From: an uncultured Gemmatimonadales bacterium
GTDB taxonomy: Bacteria; Gemmatimonadota; Gemmatimonadetes; Longimicrobiales; Gaopeijiaceae
Assembly (NCBI GenBank): GCA_963809895.1
Contig: CAWELD010000003.1
Location: forward strand, 2,368,001 to 2,432,000
Length of the DNA stretch: 64,000 nucleotides
Direction: 5' to 3'
Position numbers and translations under genes: made by a program. Below, piece by piece: positions 19,125-29,219 of the stretch. Positions within the stretch are counted from its first letter, which is position 1. Every line of letters starts with the position of its first letter. The notes under the pieces were generated by a model, which was given only the letters and a program-made list of their open reading frames with translations, did no database searches and was not told where the DNA came from.

Positions 19125-20331
19125 GCCCCGCGCCGGGCGCGGGCTGAAGCACCCACGCCACCAGCTCCGCCAGCACGCTCCTCGACACCCAACCACGGTC
19201 GGGATCCACCAGGGCGTGTCCCACACCCGGCACCACCGTGACAGACACGACGGGACTGCCGGGCCGTGCCTGCAGGGTCCGCAGGCGCTCGACGCTGCGA
19301 GCCACCGGCACGTTGTCCTGTTCGTCCTCCGCACCGTAGACCACGAGCGTCGGCAGGCCCGCGCGTAGCCACGAATCCAGGGGATCGAAGGTGCCGGTGC
19401 GGGCCCACCAGGCCCATCGCCAGTCCGTCTCCTCGGCGGGCATGGCCTGGGCGAAGTCCGCCGCAGGCCCTGCCGAGGCCGCCTCGCGCGCAACCAGGAA
19501 TTCCTGCCAGCTGCTCTCGCCCAGGGCATGGCGTTCCAGGACCCTCTGGAGCCGGAGCGCGTCACCGACCCCGGCCTCCGCGACGCCATCGGCCTCCAGC
19601 GTGCGTCGGATCTCGTGGCGGATCTGATCGAAAACGGGCACCGCGGCGCTGGACATGCTCACCACGAAGGCACCGCCGCCGGCGATGCGCGCCGCCAGTG
19701 GCGCGATCCAGCCTCCCTGGCTCAGTCCCACCCAACCGATCCGGTTCGGCGGCAGTCCCGTCTCGTGGGCCAACACCCGCGCTTCGGCGACGGCGTCGCG
19801 CGCCAGCGCATCGAATCCCACGGTGCGCCAGTCGCCGCCCGACGCGCCCGAGCCCCGCTTGTCCGGAAAGAGCACGGCGACGCCGGCCGCGGCGAGGGTG
19901 TGCGCGAAGGTGTACGCCCAGACGTTGTCCCGGTCACTGTCCCCGGAGCCCTGGAGGATCACGGCCCCCAGACCGGCGGGGTGCGCGGGCAAGAGCAGGA
20001 GCCCGGCCAACGCCACGTCATCCGAGGGGATCGAGATCTCCCGAAGCGCATAGGGGGGATCGGGATCCGCCGTCCACCGACGTCCGTCCGGGAACGAAAG
20101 CGCGACGCGCCCGGGCGCGCTTCCGACCTCGACCCGCGCGCCGCCCGGGCCACCCACCGCCAGGGCGCCGAAGTCGGCCGTATCGAAGTCCAGGTGCCGC
20201 CAACCCTCGTGGGGCGCCGGAGAGACCAGAATGCGCGCACCGCCGCCGTCCACGTACCAGCCTGCGAGGTCCGGCACCGTGTCGGCGGGCGGAGCCTGCA
20301 GCGACGCGAGCATCGCCAGAACCACGATCAT
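19108..20331 (-). CDS. Alpha/beta hydrolase (S9/S15-like)
   Basis: DKRGSGASGG, GLSQGG nucleophile elbow, late Asp and GVGH. Confidence 0.85.
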   Translation of the reverse strand: MIVVLAMLASLQAPPADTVPDLAGWYVDGGGARILVSPAPHEGWRHLDFDTADFGALAVGGPGGARVEVGSAPGRVALSFPDGRRWTADPDPPYALREISIPSDDVALAGLLLLPAHPAGLGAVILQGSGDSDRDNVWAYTFAHTLAAAGVAVLFPDKRGSGASGGDWRTVGFDALARDAVAEARVLAHETGLPPNRIGWVGLSQGGWIAPLAARIAGGGAFVVSMSSAAVPVFDQIRHEIRRTLEADGVAEAGVGDALRLQRVLERHALGESSWQEFLVAREAASAGPAADFAQAMPAEETDWRWAWWARTGTFDPLDSWLRAGLPTLVVYGAEDEQDNVPVARSVERLRTLQARPGSPVVSVTVVPGVGHALVDPDRGWVSRSVLAELVAWVLQPAPGAGLSPGR

Positions 20332-20503
20332 GTCGGCCAGCCTCCGGTGTGCGGGGAGAGAATCGAAGCTCGACACGGACCGCCGGGACCCGACACCTCG
20401 CCGTCACGAGCCGCGGCAGCACGCCACCGACCGGTCCCTGGGCGGCACGGGCCGGACGGCCCGACGCCGGCGCGCACCGTCCTCCGGGCGTTCACCGGCC
20501 CGG

Positions 20504-21343
20504 CTACCCGAGGTGCAGGGACTCGGCGGGGGTCCACCCGGTGACAGCGCGAGTCTTCCCGGAGTGCACGATCTGATCCAGCGCCAGGGCATCGGCGTAG
20601 TCGCCGAGCTCGCGCCGAGCCTCCTCCAGGGAGAGCGCCCGCGGGGAGCCCGGCGAGCCCGCCTCCTCCCATACTTTCCGGGCGACCTCGGCCATGCTCG
20701 CATGCGACGACACGGCGTGCAGCACGGTGCCCGCCCCCACCTCCAGGGCGCGCACGTACAGGTCGGCGAGATCGTGGAGGCCCACCAGCGGCCACTGCTG
20801 TGATCCGTCCGCCACCACGGGAATCTCCGCCCGCGCCAACTCACCGGGAATTCCGCCACCCCGGCCGTACACGATGCCGGGCCGGACCACCACCGGCGTC
20901 GTCCCCTGCGCCGCCGATGCCAGAATCTCGGGGACCAGCGTCTGCCGCCACACCGACTTCGCGGCCGGGCGGCAGCGACGGAGATCGACGTCCTCGTCGA
21001 ACTCACCCGAGCCCAGCACCCAGATGCCCCCCGTGTAGACGAAGCGGCGCCCGCTGCCTGCCAGCGCACCCAACAGCGCGCGCGATACGCGTGAATCCAC
21101 CGACCCGGCCTCGCGGCCCCCGACGTTCCCCGCGTGGATCACGGCGTCGCAGCCCGCCGCGGTGGGGACCCACGCCCCGGGCTCTCGCAGATCGCCGGGC
21201 ACCACCTCCCACCCTCGGGTCGAGAACGCCCGCTCCGCACGCTCGTGGTGCGCGAGCGCCGAGACTTCGTGCCCCGCCTCGGCCAGTGCCTCGCCCACGG
21301 CCTGACCGATGAACCCGGTTCCGCCTGTCAGAAATACCTTCAT
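20504..21343 (-). CDS. NAD-dependent epimerase/dehydratase family protein
   Basis: MKVFLTGGTGFIG, VVRPGIVYG. Confidence 0.9.
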   Translation of the reverse strand: MKVFLTGGTGFIGQAVGEALAEAGHEVSALAHHERAERAFSTRGWEVVPGDLREPGAWVPTAAGCDAVIHAGNVGGREAGSVDSRVSRALLGALAGSGRRFVYTGGIWVLGSGEFDEDVDLRRCRPAAKSVWRQTLVPEILASAAQGTTPVVVRPGIVYGRGGGIPGELARAEIPVVADGSQQWPLVGLHDLADLYVRALEVGAGTVLHAVSSHASMAEVARKVWEEAGSPGSPRALSLEEARRELGDYADALALDQIVHSGKTRAVTGWTPAESLHLG

Positions 21344-21553
21344 CGCCTACGCACTTCCTCCGCTCGAGTCGCTCGGTCCCGCCGGTCGCTGGCGGTGCCT
21401 TCTCCAGTTGGCACCCCCGAGCGGCCGGCTCGTTCGCCCTCGATACCGAGCCAGGACCAGGGGGTTACCGCCCCTGCCCGGGGTGACGCAGCCTCCATGT
21501 GCATCCATGAGCCGGCCCCGCGTGGCCGGCACCATCTCACGAGGAGGCACTAC

Positions 21554-22111
21554 ATGCGACGTTTCCTGGTCTGCACGTTGGCCCTGGCCGCCGGATCGTT
21601 CGCGGCCTGCGACAGCGCACCCACCTCGCCCCAGGCCGAGGCCGGGCCCACCACGGTCCGCGCCGAAGCCCGCTCCGACGCGGTGATGTCGGTAACGGGC
21701 AGCGGACACCGGCGCCTCGATCCCGAGGATCCAGGTTCGCTGCGCCGCTTCACCATCTCGGCCGTCGGCCACGCCGACGGCTCCGCGTCCGGCCAGTACA
21801 ACCTGGTCATCGGCCCCAACGCCATCGCGGTGCACGGAACGGTCACCTGCGTGAACGTGGTGGGCAATCGCGCCTTCGTGGGAGGCACGGTGGACCGGGC
21901 GCTGCTCCCCTACCCTCCGGAGATCGTGGCACAGATCACCGGTGTGGCCATCGAGCTGGTGGACAACGGCACCGGCCCCGACGCGCCGGCCGACGAGATC
22001 AGCTCCACCGCGTTCTACCTGAACATGCCCGAGGGACCGCAGCAGTGGTGTGACGATGCCACGCCGGGCGGCGTGGGGCCCATCGAGCAGGGCAACATCA
22101 CCGTGCGTTGA
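21554..22111 (+). CDS. Hypothetical lipoprotein
   Basis: GAGGAGG RBS; lipobox FAAC. Confidence 0.78.
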   Translation: MRRFLVCTLALAAGSFAACDSAPTSPQAEAGPTTVRAEARSDAVMSVTGSGHRRLDPEDPGSLRRFTISAVGHADGSASGQYNLVIGPNAIAVHGTVTCVNVVGNRAFVGGTVDRALLPYPPEIVAQITGVAIELVDNGTGPDAPADEISSTAFYLNMPEGPQQWCDDATPGGVGPIEQGNITVR

Positions 22112-22176
22112 ACTCCGTGCCGGGTCCGGTCTCCCGCCGGCCGGGCCCGGTCACACCCCTCCCCGAGGAGACCGTC

Positions 22177-22740
22177 ATGCATCGCCTCTCCGAACCCGTC
22201 CGCGACGCCAGGGCCCGCGGACTCCGCCGCTTGGCCGCCCTCGTCGCCCTGGGCACCGCCCTGGCGTTGGCTCCCACCCACCTCTCGGCGCAGGAGACGT
22301 TCGCGCCTCGCTGCCAGGACGAGACGTTTCGCGCCTTCGACTTCTGGCTCGGCAGCTGGACCGTGTACGATCCCGACGGCGCCGAGGTGGGGCGCAGCCG
22401 CGTCGAGCGCATCCTCGACGGATGCGCGGTGCAGGAGCACTGGGAGTCCGGACAGGTGTCCGGCACCAGCCTGAACATCTACGACGCGCCGTCGCGCACC
22501 TGGAACCAGACCTGGGTGGACAATCGCGGATCCCTCCTGCGACTGCGGGGGGCCTTCGACGGCACCAGCATGCAGATGCGCGGGGAGCGTCTGGGATCCG
22601 ACGGCCACGTGCGCGTTCTGCGGGTCACGTGGACGCCCCAGCCCGACGGCTCGATCCGTCAGCTCCAGGAGGTGTCGGAAGACGGAGGGGCCACCTGGAA
22701 CGTGGGATTCGACGGTCGATATCGACGCAGCAGCGGTTGA
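22177..22740 (+). CDS. Secreted hypothetical beta-rich protein (DUF1579-like)
   Basis: Signal ending LSAQ; FDFWLGSW, WNQTWVDN, SEDGGATW. Confidence 0.75.
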   Translation: MHRLSEPVRDARARGLRRLAALVALGTALALAPTHLSAQETFAPRCQDETFRAFDFWLGSWTVYDPDGAEVGRSRVERILDGCAVQEHWESGQVSGTSLNIYDAPSRTWNQTWVDNRGSLLRLRGAFDGTSMQMRGERLGSDGHVRVLRVTWTPQPDGSIRQLQEVSEDGGATWNVGFDGRYRRSSG

Positions 22741-22756
22741 CGGCCATCTTCGAGCC

Positions 22757-23848
22757 ATGCAGACCACTCGGTTGGAGACCACGGTTCGCGGTTGGCTCGA
22801 CAGCCCATTCCGGCAGTGGTGGACCTCCACCGTGGTCGGGCTGGTGGTGGCGTTGGCATCGGCCTTCCAGCTCTGGGTGAACTGGCGGCAGTCGGGATTC
22901 CAGGCGGACCTGTCCGCCCTCTTCGCCAGCAAGGCGGTGGAGTGGGCGGCCTGGGCGGCGGTGGTGCCCGTCGCCGTGTCCCTGGACCGGCGCACGCGCT
23001 TCCAGGGGATCGGGTGGGCCCGACGCCTGGTGCTCCATCTCGCCCTGGCCACCGGATGGTTCCTGGCGCTGAACGCGCCGCTGGCCGCGCTCACCGCCCT
23101 GGTCGATCCCGCCGCCGCGGGGACCTCGTTCGGCGGCCTCTATCTGAGCCGCATCGCCTACCGGCTGCCTTCGGCCTGGGTCGTGTACGGCTTCATCCTG
23201 GGAGCCGCGCGTCTCATGACCGAGTTCGTGCGCAGCCAGCGCCTGAGCCGGGACCTGGCACAGGCCCAGCTTCGCGTCCTGAGGGACCAGCTCCAGCCCC
23301 ACTTCCTGTTCAACGCCCTGCACACGGCAGGCGGGCTGGTGCGCTCCGGCGACCGCGACGGCGCCGTGGACACCCTGGTCGCGCTCAGCGATCTGCTGCG
23401 CCGCTCGCTCGGCTACGCCCGCGAGGACGAGGTCACCCTGGAAGAGGAGCTGGATTTCCTGGACCGGTATCTCGCCATCCAGCGCCGGCGCTTCGGCGAC
23501 CGGCTCGAGGTGGACGTGGACGTCCCCCCGGAGCTCGGCGCCGCCAGAGTGCCACCGTTTCTGCTGCAACCCCTGGTGGAGAACGCCATTCGCCACGGGC
23601 TGGATCTCGACCACGGCACGGGGACGGTGGCGATACGCGGACAGGCGACGCCCGGCGCCGTGATCCTGACCGTGGAGGATTCGGGAGGGTGTGCCGACGG
23701 CTGGCCCCAGCCCGACGAGAGCGAGGGGATCGGACTGGCCAACCTGCGCGGGCGTCTGAGTCGCCATTACGGGGCGACTGCGGGCCTCGAGACGTCGGTC
23801 ACCGACGGCCTGACCCGGGTCACGTTGACCCTGCCGGTCCGGCCATGA
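22757..23848 (+). CDS. LytS/YehU family sensor histidine kinase
   Basis: QLQPHFLFNAL, LQPLVENAIRHG, GIGLANL; N-terminal TMs. Confidence 0.93.
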   Translation: MQTTRLETTVRGWLDSPFRQWWTSTVVGLVVALASAFQLWVNWRQSGFQADLSALFASKAVEWAAWAAVVPVAVSLDRRTRFQGIGWARRLVLHLALATGWFLALNAPLAALTALVDPAAAGTSFGGLYLSRIAYRLPSAWVVYGFILGAARLMTEFVRSQRLSRDLAQAQLRVLRDQLQPHFLFNALHTAGGLVRSGDRDGAVDTLVALSDLLRRSLGYAREDEVTLEEELDFLDRYLAIQRRRFGDRLEVDVDVPPELGAARVPPFLLQPLVENAIRHGLDLDHGTGTVAIRGQATPGAVILTVEDSGGCADGWPQPDESEGIGLANLRGRLSRHYGATAGLETSVTDGLTRVTLTLPVRP

Positions 23849-24651
23849 GCGGAGGCGGCGAGACCTTCGGAGTCCTCATCGTGGAGGACGAGGCCCCGGC
23901 GCGGCGAACGCTCCGGGATCTGCTCACCCGGCAACCCGAGGTGGAGATCCTGGGCGAGTGTTGGGGCGAGGAAGCCGTGGATCGCATTCGCGAGACCGAT
24001 CCGGACATTCTGCTCCTGGACGTGCGCATGCCCCGGATCGACGGATTCGAGGTGCTCCGGCGGCTGGAGCCCGACAGCGAGGCCGATCTGCCCATCGTGG
24101 TCTTCGTCACCGCCCACGAAGAGCACGCCCTGGAGGCCTTCGAGGTCCGGGCCATCGATTACCTGCTGAAACCCTTCACCGACGAGCGCTTCCGTCAGGC
24201 TCTCGGCCGCGCCGAGGCGCAGGTGAGGCAGCGCCGGCGTGGCGTCGAGGAGCAGCGCCTGCTGCCTCTGGGCCGGCTGGGGACGCCGGTGGCCGAGGCC
24301 GGCACCCTGCTCCCCGGCCACCGGGTCGTGCTCCAGGACGGAGGCACCACGTTGGTGCTCCCCCACCACGAGCTGCGCTGGATCGAGGCTTCGGGCCCCT
24401 ACGTGGTGCTCCACACGCCGGAACGGGAGCATCTGGTGAGGGCGTCGCTGACCGCGCTGGAGGAGCGACTGGCCGACCGCGGCTTCCTGCGGGTCCATCG
24501 CTCGGCGTTGGTGAACCTCGCCGAGGTCCGTGAGGTGCGCCCCCTTTCCCACGGTGACGCCCTGGCGGTTCTGGCCGACGGCACCCGGGTCCGGGTGAGC
24601 CGATCGAGGCGCGAGGAGCTCGAGGCGCGGCTTCAGCAGGCCGACGGCTGA
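23845..24651 (+). CDS. LytTR family response regulator
   Basis: VEDE, LLDVRMP, DYLLKP receiver; FLRVHRSALVN LytTR domain; ATGA overlap. Confidence 0.93.
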   Translation: MSGGGETFGVLIVEDEAPARRTLRDLLTRQPEVEILGECWGEEAVDRIRETDPDILLLDVRMPRIDGFEVLRRLEPDSEADLPIVVFVTAHEEHALEAFEVRAIDYLLKPFTDERFRQALGRAEAQVRQRRRGVEEQRLLPLGRLGTPVAEAGTLLPGHRVVLQDGGTTLVLPHHELRWIEASGPYVVLHTPEREHLVRASLTALEERLADRGFLRVHRSALVNLAEVREVRPLSHGDALAVLADGTRVRVSRSRREELEARLQQADG

Positions 24652-24677
24652 TCCGCAGCGGATCCACCGGGCTCCTC

Positions 24678-24707
24678 TTGAATTTCCTCACCTGGTGAGG
24701 CAAATTC
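24678..24707 (+). promoter_or_regulatory. Putative promoter with operator palindrome in the spacer (padR autoregulation)
   Basis: TTGAAT-N17-CAAATT, 5 nt before the ATG; CCTCACC-T-GGTGAGG (24686-24700) flanked by GAATTT/AAATTC. Confidence 0.6.
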
Positions 24708-24711
24708 GGCC

Positions 24712-25050
24712 ATGACCACTTCCCGAAGACCCCAGGATCTCCTCCAGGGATCACTGGACCTGCTGGTGCTGAGGGCCCTGCAGGGTGAATCCCGGCACGG
24801 CTACGCCATCTCCCGCTGGGTGCGAGCACGCACCGACGGCGTGCTGACCCTGGAAGACGCGGCCCTCTACAAGGCGCTGCACCGCATGGAAGAGCGGGGC
24901 TGGATCGAGGCGACCTGGGGACGCGCGGAGTCCGGACACCGGGCGAAGTTCTATGCTCTGACCGAGGACGGCCGTCAGGCGCTCCTGGGCGAGAAGAAGA
25001 CCTGGCACGCCTTCGCCGACGCGATTCGGCGGGTGTTGGAAACCGGGTAG
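24712..25050 (+). CDS. PadR family regulator (Acidobacteria-type)
   Basis: LLQGSLDLLVL, HGYAI, LYKALHRME, RAKFYALT. Confidence 0.93.
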   Translation: MTTSRRPQDLLQGSLDLLVLRALQGESRHGYAISRWVRARTDGVLTLEDAALYKALHRMEERGWIEATWGRAESGHRAKFYALTEDGRQALLGEKKTWHAFADAIRRVLETG

Positions 25051-25056
25051 CGGGCA

Positions 25057-27720
25057 ATGGGAGGGGACGTGGAGGATCCGCGGCGCGACGTCGACGACGA
25101 GCTGGGCTTCCATCTCGAGATGAGGACCCGGGACCTGGTCGCCGAAGGGTTGGACCCGGACCAGGCCCGTCGCCAGGCCATGGCCGAATTCGGAGACCTG
25201 GAGTCCACACGCCGCCAGCTCGGCGACCGGGCGGAGCGACACCGACGCATCCACCGCCTGCGGGAGTGGCGCGACCGGGCGCTCTGGGACCTCAAGCTGG
25301 TGCTGCGCGGCCTGCTCAGGCGGCCGGCCCTCCCGGTGGTCATCGTGCTGACGCTGGCCGCGGGCATCGGCGCCAACACCGCCATCTATTCCCTGGTGGA
25401 CGCCCTCGTCTTCCGGCCCCTTCCCTTCGGTCACGGGGACCGCCTCGTGCGCATGCGCGACGCCACGGAGCGGCCCGATGGACAGCGCTGGCCCTACAAC
25501 TCCTCACCCCGCTCCTACCAGATCATGCGTGAGAGCGGGATCTTCGAGTCGGTGACGGCGCAACGCTATCACCTCTTCAACCTGACCGGCGACGGCGATC
25601 CGGCGTCCCTCGTGGGCATCGGGGTGTCGAGGGATTGGCTGCGCACCCTGGAGATGGAGCCGCTCCTGGGCAGGGGCTTCACCACCGGCGAGCAGGCCGC
25701 CGGGGCCGAGTCCCGCGTCGCCCTCGTGGGATTCGGACTCTGGCAACGCCGTTACGGAGGATCACCGGAGGTCGTGGGACGCCGTATTACGCTCAACGAC
25801 CAGCCCTACACGGTGGTCGGCGTCATGCCCCGCTACTTCGACTTCCCCTACGGGGCCCAGGTGTGGGTGCCGGACACCTTCGATCCGGCCGACGCCAGGC
25901 ATGGGCCCAACGTCGCCGCGCGCCTCCGCGACGGGGAGACGCTGGCCAGCACGCAGGCCGCCCTGGACGACCTGAGCCGTCGCGCGGCCGAGACCTATCC
26001 CGACTCCCACGCCCGCATCCGGCTGTTGGCCATCCCCGAGCGCGACGACCTCCTGGGGAATCAGCCCCGACTCGGCCTGATCCTCCTGGGAGCGGTGGGA
26101 TTCCTCCTCCTCATCGCCTGCGCCAACGTGGCGAACCTCCTCCTGGTCCGGAGCATCTCCCGCCAGCGCGAGACGGCGCTGCGCAACGCCCTGGGGGCGA
26201 CCCGGGGCGACCAGGTGCGACTCGTGCTGATCGAGAGCCTGGTGCTGGCGATCCTGGGGGGCGGGCTGGGGATCCTCGCGGCGTGGCTGCTGTTGGATCC
26301 CATGGCGGCGTTGAGCATCCGCCCCGACGCCAGCCTGGGATCGTTCTTTCGGGACCTGCGTCTCGACTGGCGCGCACTGACGTTCACGGGCGTGGCCACC
26401 GTGGGCACCGCGCTGCTCGTGGCTCTGCTTCCCGCGCTGCGGGGCGCCCGCGCGGAGCCGGCGGCCAGTCTCGGAAGCGCCCGTGGGGCCGGAGGGGACA
26501 CCTCGGGGCGCCTGCGCGGCGCGTTGGTGGTGGCCGAGGTGGCGCTCTCGGTGGTGCTGTTGGCCGGCGCCGGTGTGCTCGTCGGCGACTTCCTGCGCCT
26601 GCGTGCCAGCGATCCCGGCTACGACCCCTCCGGCCGGATCACGGCCACCCTGGTGCTGCCCTCCAGCCGCTTCGAGGACCCCCCCGCACGCGTGCGCTTC
26701 CTGGACGACATCGTGCGCCGGGTCGAGGCGCTGCCCGGTGTGGAGGAGGTGGGCTACACGAGCCATCTGCCGGTGACGGACGGCTCCACCACCACACCGG
26801 TCGTGACGGAGGACGGGCCGGCATCGGAAGCCGGAAGCCTGGTGCTGGCCAACTACCGCGGCGTGGACGCCGACTACCTGGAGACCATGGGCGCCCGCCT
26901 CGTGGAGGGTCGCGGATTCACCACGGTCGAGCTTCGCGACGCGCGTCCCGGCGAGGTGATCCTCAATCGCTCGGCCGCCGACGCCTACTGGCCCGGCGAG
27001 AGCCCCCTGGGCCGCCGCGTGCGCCTGGGCACCGTCGAACAGGAGTCCGCCTGGATGCAGGTGGTGGGCGTGGTCGACGACATGCGCGAAGAGTGGGAGC
27101 TGGCCGAGACCTGGTACCTGCCCTTCGGCATCACGCGCGACGAGCGCGCCTACCTGGTCGTGCGCACGTCGTCGGGAGCGGGTGGCCTGCCCGCCCGCAT
27201 CCGCGAGGCCATCTGGGCCGTGGATCCGGACCAGCCCATCGAGCGGCTGGCCTCCATGGACGAGCTGGTGGGCGAGGACATGGCCTCTGAACGCCTCGGC
27301 GCGTCTGCCGTGGGCCTGTTCGGCCTGGCCGGCCTCGTCCTCGCGGGGCTGGGCGTGTACGGCCTGATCTCGTACTCCGTGAGCCTGAGGGCCCGCGAGA
27401 TGGGGGTACGCAGAGCGCTGGGCGCGGGCCGGGGGCGGGTCGTGCTCCAGGTGTTGGCCGAAGGCGGACGCCTGCTGGCCGCGGGATTGATGGTCGGCGT
27501 GGCGGGAGCCTTCGTCCTCACGGGCTTCCTGGGTCGGATCATGGTGGCTCAGATTCCCGGCCGCACCGAGCTCCGCAGCCTGGCCGGCGGCGCCCACCTC
27601 GACGCGCGCGTCCAGTTCCTGGTGGTGGGTCTCCTCTTCCTCACGGGGCTGCTGGCCTGCCTGATCCCGGCGTGGCGTGCGGCGCGCGTGGACCCGGCGG
27701 GCGTCCTGCGCGAGCCCTGA
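25057..27720 (+). CDS. ADOP family duplicated orphan permease with N-terminal permease-prefix domain
   Basis: DVDDELGFHLEMR prefix; GIGANTAIYS, LLIACANVANLLL, REMGVRRALGA, AWRAARVDP. Confidence 0.92.
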   Translation: MGGDVEDPRRDVDDELGFHLEMRTRDLVAEGLDPDQARRQAMAEFGDLESTRRQLGDRAERHRRIHRLREWRDRALWDLKLVLRGLLRRPALPVVIVLTLAAGIGANTAIYSLVDALVFRPLPFGHGDRLVRMRDATERPDGQRWPYNSSPRSYQIMRESGIFESVTAQRYHLFNLTGDGDPASLVGIGVSRDWLRTLEMEPLLGRGFTTGEQAAGAESRVALVGFGLWQRRYGGSPEVVGRRITLNDQPYTVVGVMPRYFDFPYGAQVWVPDTFDPADARHGPNVAARLRDGETLASTQAALDDLSRRAAETYPDSHARIRLLAIPERDDLLGNQPRLGLILLGAVGFLLLIACANVANLLLVRSISRQRETALRNALGATRGDQVRLVLIESLVLAILGGGLGILAAWLLLDPMAALSIRPDASLGSFFRDLRLDWRALTFTGVATVGTALLVALLPALRGARAEPAASLGSARGAGGDTSGRLRGALVVAEVALSVVLLAGAGVLVGDFLRLRASDPGYDPSGRITATLVLPSSRFEDPPARVRFLDDIVRRVEALPGVEEVGYTSHLPVTDGSTTTPVVTEDGPASEAGSLVLANYRGVDADYLETMGARLVEGRGFTTVELRDARPGEVILNRSAADAYWPGESPLGRRVRLGTVEQESAWMQVVGVVDDMREEWELAETWYLPFGITRDERAYLVVRTSSGAGGLPARIREAIWAVDPDQPIERLASMDELVGEDMASERLGASAVGLFGLAGLVLAGLGVYGLISYSVSLRAREMGVRRALGAGRGRVVLQVLAEGGRLLAAGLMVGVAGAFVLTGFLGRIMVAQIPGRTELRSLAGGAHLDARVQFLVVGLLFLTGLLACLIPAWRAARVDPAGVLREP

Positions 27721-27811
27721 CGCGGGTCACCGGGGTTGCCCCCGTGCCGGCGCGGCACGCTCTTTGTTGGAACGTGAGGGGTGTCCCGATCCCTTGTTCC
27801 GGAGTCTGCAC

Positions 27812-28300
27812 ATGCGATCCCGCGCGCGCACCGCCGTTCCCCTGCTCGTCCTGGCGTGCCTCCTGCCCGCCACCCCCCTCGCCGGTCAGGTGGTCTGGGG
27901 CGTGCACGCCACGCGAGCCAACGAGTTCGGCGGGGGGTCCTGGGGCGGCGGAGTCCAGCTGGGGCTCGACGTGCCCGTGTTGCCGGTGAGCGTGCTGGCC
28001 GCGGCCGACTACCTGTTCCCCGACTGCGGTGACGCCGGCGACTGCTCCTTCTGGGGGGGATCGCTGGACGCCAACCTGGCCCTGCCCTTCCCCGTGGTCC
28101 ATCCCTACGCCACCGGCGGCGTCGTCTATCGTCACTTCGACACCGGCGACGACGCCGAGGCCACGGGCACCTCGGGGCTCGCTCTGGGATTGGGCGTCCA
28201 GGTCTCGTTGCTGGCCCTGAAGGCCTACGTCGAGGGCCGCTACGAGTTCGTCAACGCTCCCGACGACCAGGTGGTCTGGCGGGTCGGGCTCCACTTCTGA
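27812..28300 (+). CDS. Small outer-membrane beta-barrel protein
   Basis: Signal peptide, alternating beta strands, C-terminal Phe (RVGLHF). Confidence 0.8.
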   Translation: MRSRARTAVPLLVLACLLPATPLAGQVVWGVHATRANEFGGGSWGGGVQLGLDVPVLPVSVLAAADYLFPDCGDAGDCSFWGGSLDANLALPFPVVHPYATGGVVYRHFDTGDDAEATGTSGLALGLGVQVSLLALKAYVEGRYEFVNAPDDQVVWRVGLHF

Positions 28301-28306
28301 GCCCCG

Positions 28307-29071
28307 TCACGGGGACTCTCCGCCGTCGGTGAGGCGACCCTCCGGCGGCGCGGTCCCCGCGGCCTCCACGGTGTGAACCAGTCGCTCCATGAGATCGGCG
28401 AGCACCCGCTGGCGGCGACGCGCGATGCTCGAGAAGATGCCGCGGGCGAGGAAGAAGCTGGCGCCGATCACGCCGACCGGCACCGCCACCGCGAACAGCG
28501 CCGAGCCCAGCACGCCCGCGCCGAGGCCGACGCCGGCTCCGACCCCCAGGCCACCGCCGACCCCCGCGATGATCCCGCCGAAGAGCCCCCCGGCGAGCTG
28601 GTGCAGACGCTCCTCGATGCGGATGCGGGTCTGGCCGTTGCGCGACGTCACCAGGATGCGGAGGGTGCTGCTCCGGTTGGGGGCGTCGGACTGAACGGTG
28701 AGCGTCCGCCCGACCAGGCTGGCCTGCCCCTGCGTGGCCGCGTCGTTCTGGATCTCGACCATCACCTGCTCGAAGGCCGTGGCCGGCAGGTCCACCGGCA
28801 CGACCCGCTCCAGCAGGATGCCAACGGGCTCTCCCGTGGCCCAGGTCCATCCGCCCCGCGGCCCGGCGCCCTCCAGCTCGGCGGCGGCCTGTCGTAGATA
28901 CACCGGAGCGATGCCGGCCTCGGCGGCGATTTCCTCCAGCTCGGCCAGCGAGAAGCCCGAGGCGCGGGTGGGCCCCACGCCCTCCCGGGCCTGGATCTCC
29001 GTGGCGCGCTTCAGAAGACGACTGACCTCGTCGTCATCGTACAGGCGCGGCCGATCGGCGCCTTCGCTCAT
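28307..29071 (-). CDS. Hypothetical membrane protein with Gly-rich C-terminal TM hairpin
   Basis: YDDDEVSRLLKRA...LAELEEIAAEAGI N-terminal helices. Confidence 0.75.
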   Translation of the reverse strand: MSEGADRPRLYDDDEVSRLLKRATEIQAREGVGPTRASGFSLAELEEIAAEAGIAPVYLRQAAAELEGAGPRGGWTWATGEPVGILLERVVPVDLPATAFEQVMVEIQNDAATQGQASLVGRTLTVQSDAPNRSSTLRILVTSRNGQTRIRIEERLHQLAGGLFGGIIAGVGGGLGVGAGVGLGAGVLGSALFAVAVPVGVIGASFFLARGIFSSIARRRQRVLADLMERLVHTVEAAGTAPPEGRLTDGGESP

Positions 29072-29219
29072 TCGGGAACGTCCTGGAGAGAGTGGGAATC
29101 CCCCGTCAAACTGCCGCGCACGGGTATCGACGAGCAAGGCGATGCAGGAATATCCGCGGGCCTCTGTCGTATCTGGTCCCACCGCGCCATGTTGCCGAGA
29201 AGCCACCACCGAGGCCCCC

